Source: an uncultured Solibacteraceae bacterium
GTDB lineage: Bacteria; Acidobacteriota; Vicinamibacteria; Vicinamibacterales; SCN-69-37
Direction: 5' to 3'
NCBI GenBank assembly: GCA_964489685.1
Contig: CAZAZR010000006.1
Span: forward strand, 1 to 59,223
DNA: 59,223 nt
The notes below the pieces were generated by a model. It saw only the letters and a program-made list of their open reading frames with translations. It did no database searches and had not been told where the DNA came from. Positions 58,712-59,223 of the stretch are shown in pieces; position 1 is the stretch's first letter; every line of letters begins with the position of its first letter. The translations under genes and the position numbers were made by a program.

Positions 58712-59223
58712 ATGGCCATGCCCCTGCCGCTCCCCCACTCCCTGTGCCGCGCCGTGCTTGCGGGCGCGTCGCTGAGCCTGACCTGGCTCACGCCCGGATT
58801 CGCCCAGACGCCGCTGCCACGAGTGACCAGCGACGTGGTCGTGACGGCCACGGCCTCGCCGGCGCCCACAGCTGCCGTGGGCCGCACGGTGACCGTGCTC
58901 ACGCGTGCCGACCTCGAACGACTCGGGATGACGTCAGTCATTGACAGCCTCCGGCTGGTCGCGGGAGTGGATCTCAAAGCGCGCGGGGGCCAGGACGTGC
59001 AGACCGATTTCAGTCTGCGCGGTGCGACGTTCGGCCAGTCGCTCGTCCTGATTGACGGCGTGCGTCTCAACGACAGCCAGAGCGGTCATCACAATGGCGA
59101 GATCCCCGCTCCCCTGCTCGGGATCGATCGCATTGAGGTGGTGTTTGGTCCGGCCTCGGCGGTGCACGGCGCCGACGCCTTGGGCGGCACCGCCGACGAT
59201 CTGGCCTTCGACCAGCATCGGGT
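58712..59223 (+). CDS. TonB-dependent receptor, N-terminal signal plus plug domain (partial, runs off the window)
   Basis: Not in the ORF track because it has no stop. My translation from ATG 58712 reads MAMPLPLPHSLCRAVLAGASLSLTWLTPGFAQ...VTVLTRADLERLGMTSVIDSLRLVAGVDL...FSLRGATFGQSLVLIDGVRLND...IDRIEVVFGPASAVHGADALGG, the classic TBDR plug pattern. Confidence 0.8.
   Translation, partial: MAMPLPLPHSLCRAVLAGASLSLTWLTPGFAQTPLPRVTSDVVVTATASPAPTAAVGRTVTVLTRADLERLGMTSVIDSLRLVAGVDLKARGGQDVQTDFSLRGATFGQSLVLIDGVRLNDSQSGHHNGEIPAPLLGIDRIEVVFGPASAVHGADALGGTADDLAFDQHR

Overview
The window is a gene-dense, visibly GC-rich (about two-thirds G+C by eye) chromosomal segment from a diderm bacterium. The gene content, including a VWFA-related module I recall as acidobacterial and a sortilin/BNR giant protein, suggests Acidobacteriota or a relative; that assignment is inference. 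Most of the window is core housekeeping. It encodes murQ, xerD and metK. A minus-strand run carries recN-miaB-bifunctional nuclease-parA-parB and lptFG. A plus-strand Tol-Pal cluster (tolQ-tolR-tolA-like-tolB-tolB'-pal-cpoB) is followed by ssb. A roughly 17 kb minus-strand string with almost no gaps reads guaA-dnaE-accA-recJ-(lptC/A-like)-lptB-rpoN-hprK-rapZ-EIIA(Man)-ptsH-ptsI-cupin. The rest includes a PQQ-type propeller protein, an aminotransferase, a 1270-aa polytopic NtrY-like histidine kinase, pssA-psd, rimI-tsaB, mutS, an orphan family-5 solute-binding lipoprotein, agmatinase, tRNA-Arg(CCT), apt, a 1060-aa sortilin/BNR protein and the 5' end of a TonB-dependent receptor. I found no CRISPR array, transposase, phage gene or rRNA. 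Five things stand out. (1) A tight sortase / VWA-protein / LPKTAST-tailed secreted protein cassette sits at 51.7-53.9 kb. (2) The Lpt machinery appears condensed into fusion proteins: a single-chain LptF-LptG and a 757-aa membrane-anchored multi-OstA-module LptC/LptA-like protein. (3) tolB is tandemly duplicated and both copies appear to be under purifying selection. (4) A permease-less regulatory PTS with HprK follows rpoN directly. (5) The sensor kinase is a very large orphan. Many long ORFs in the supplied track are antisense artefacts of high GC content and were discarded. All family assignments come from reading motifs by eye; no searches were run.
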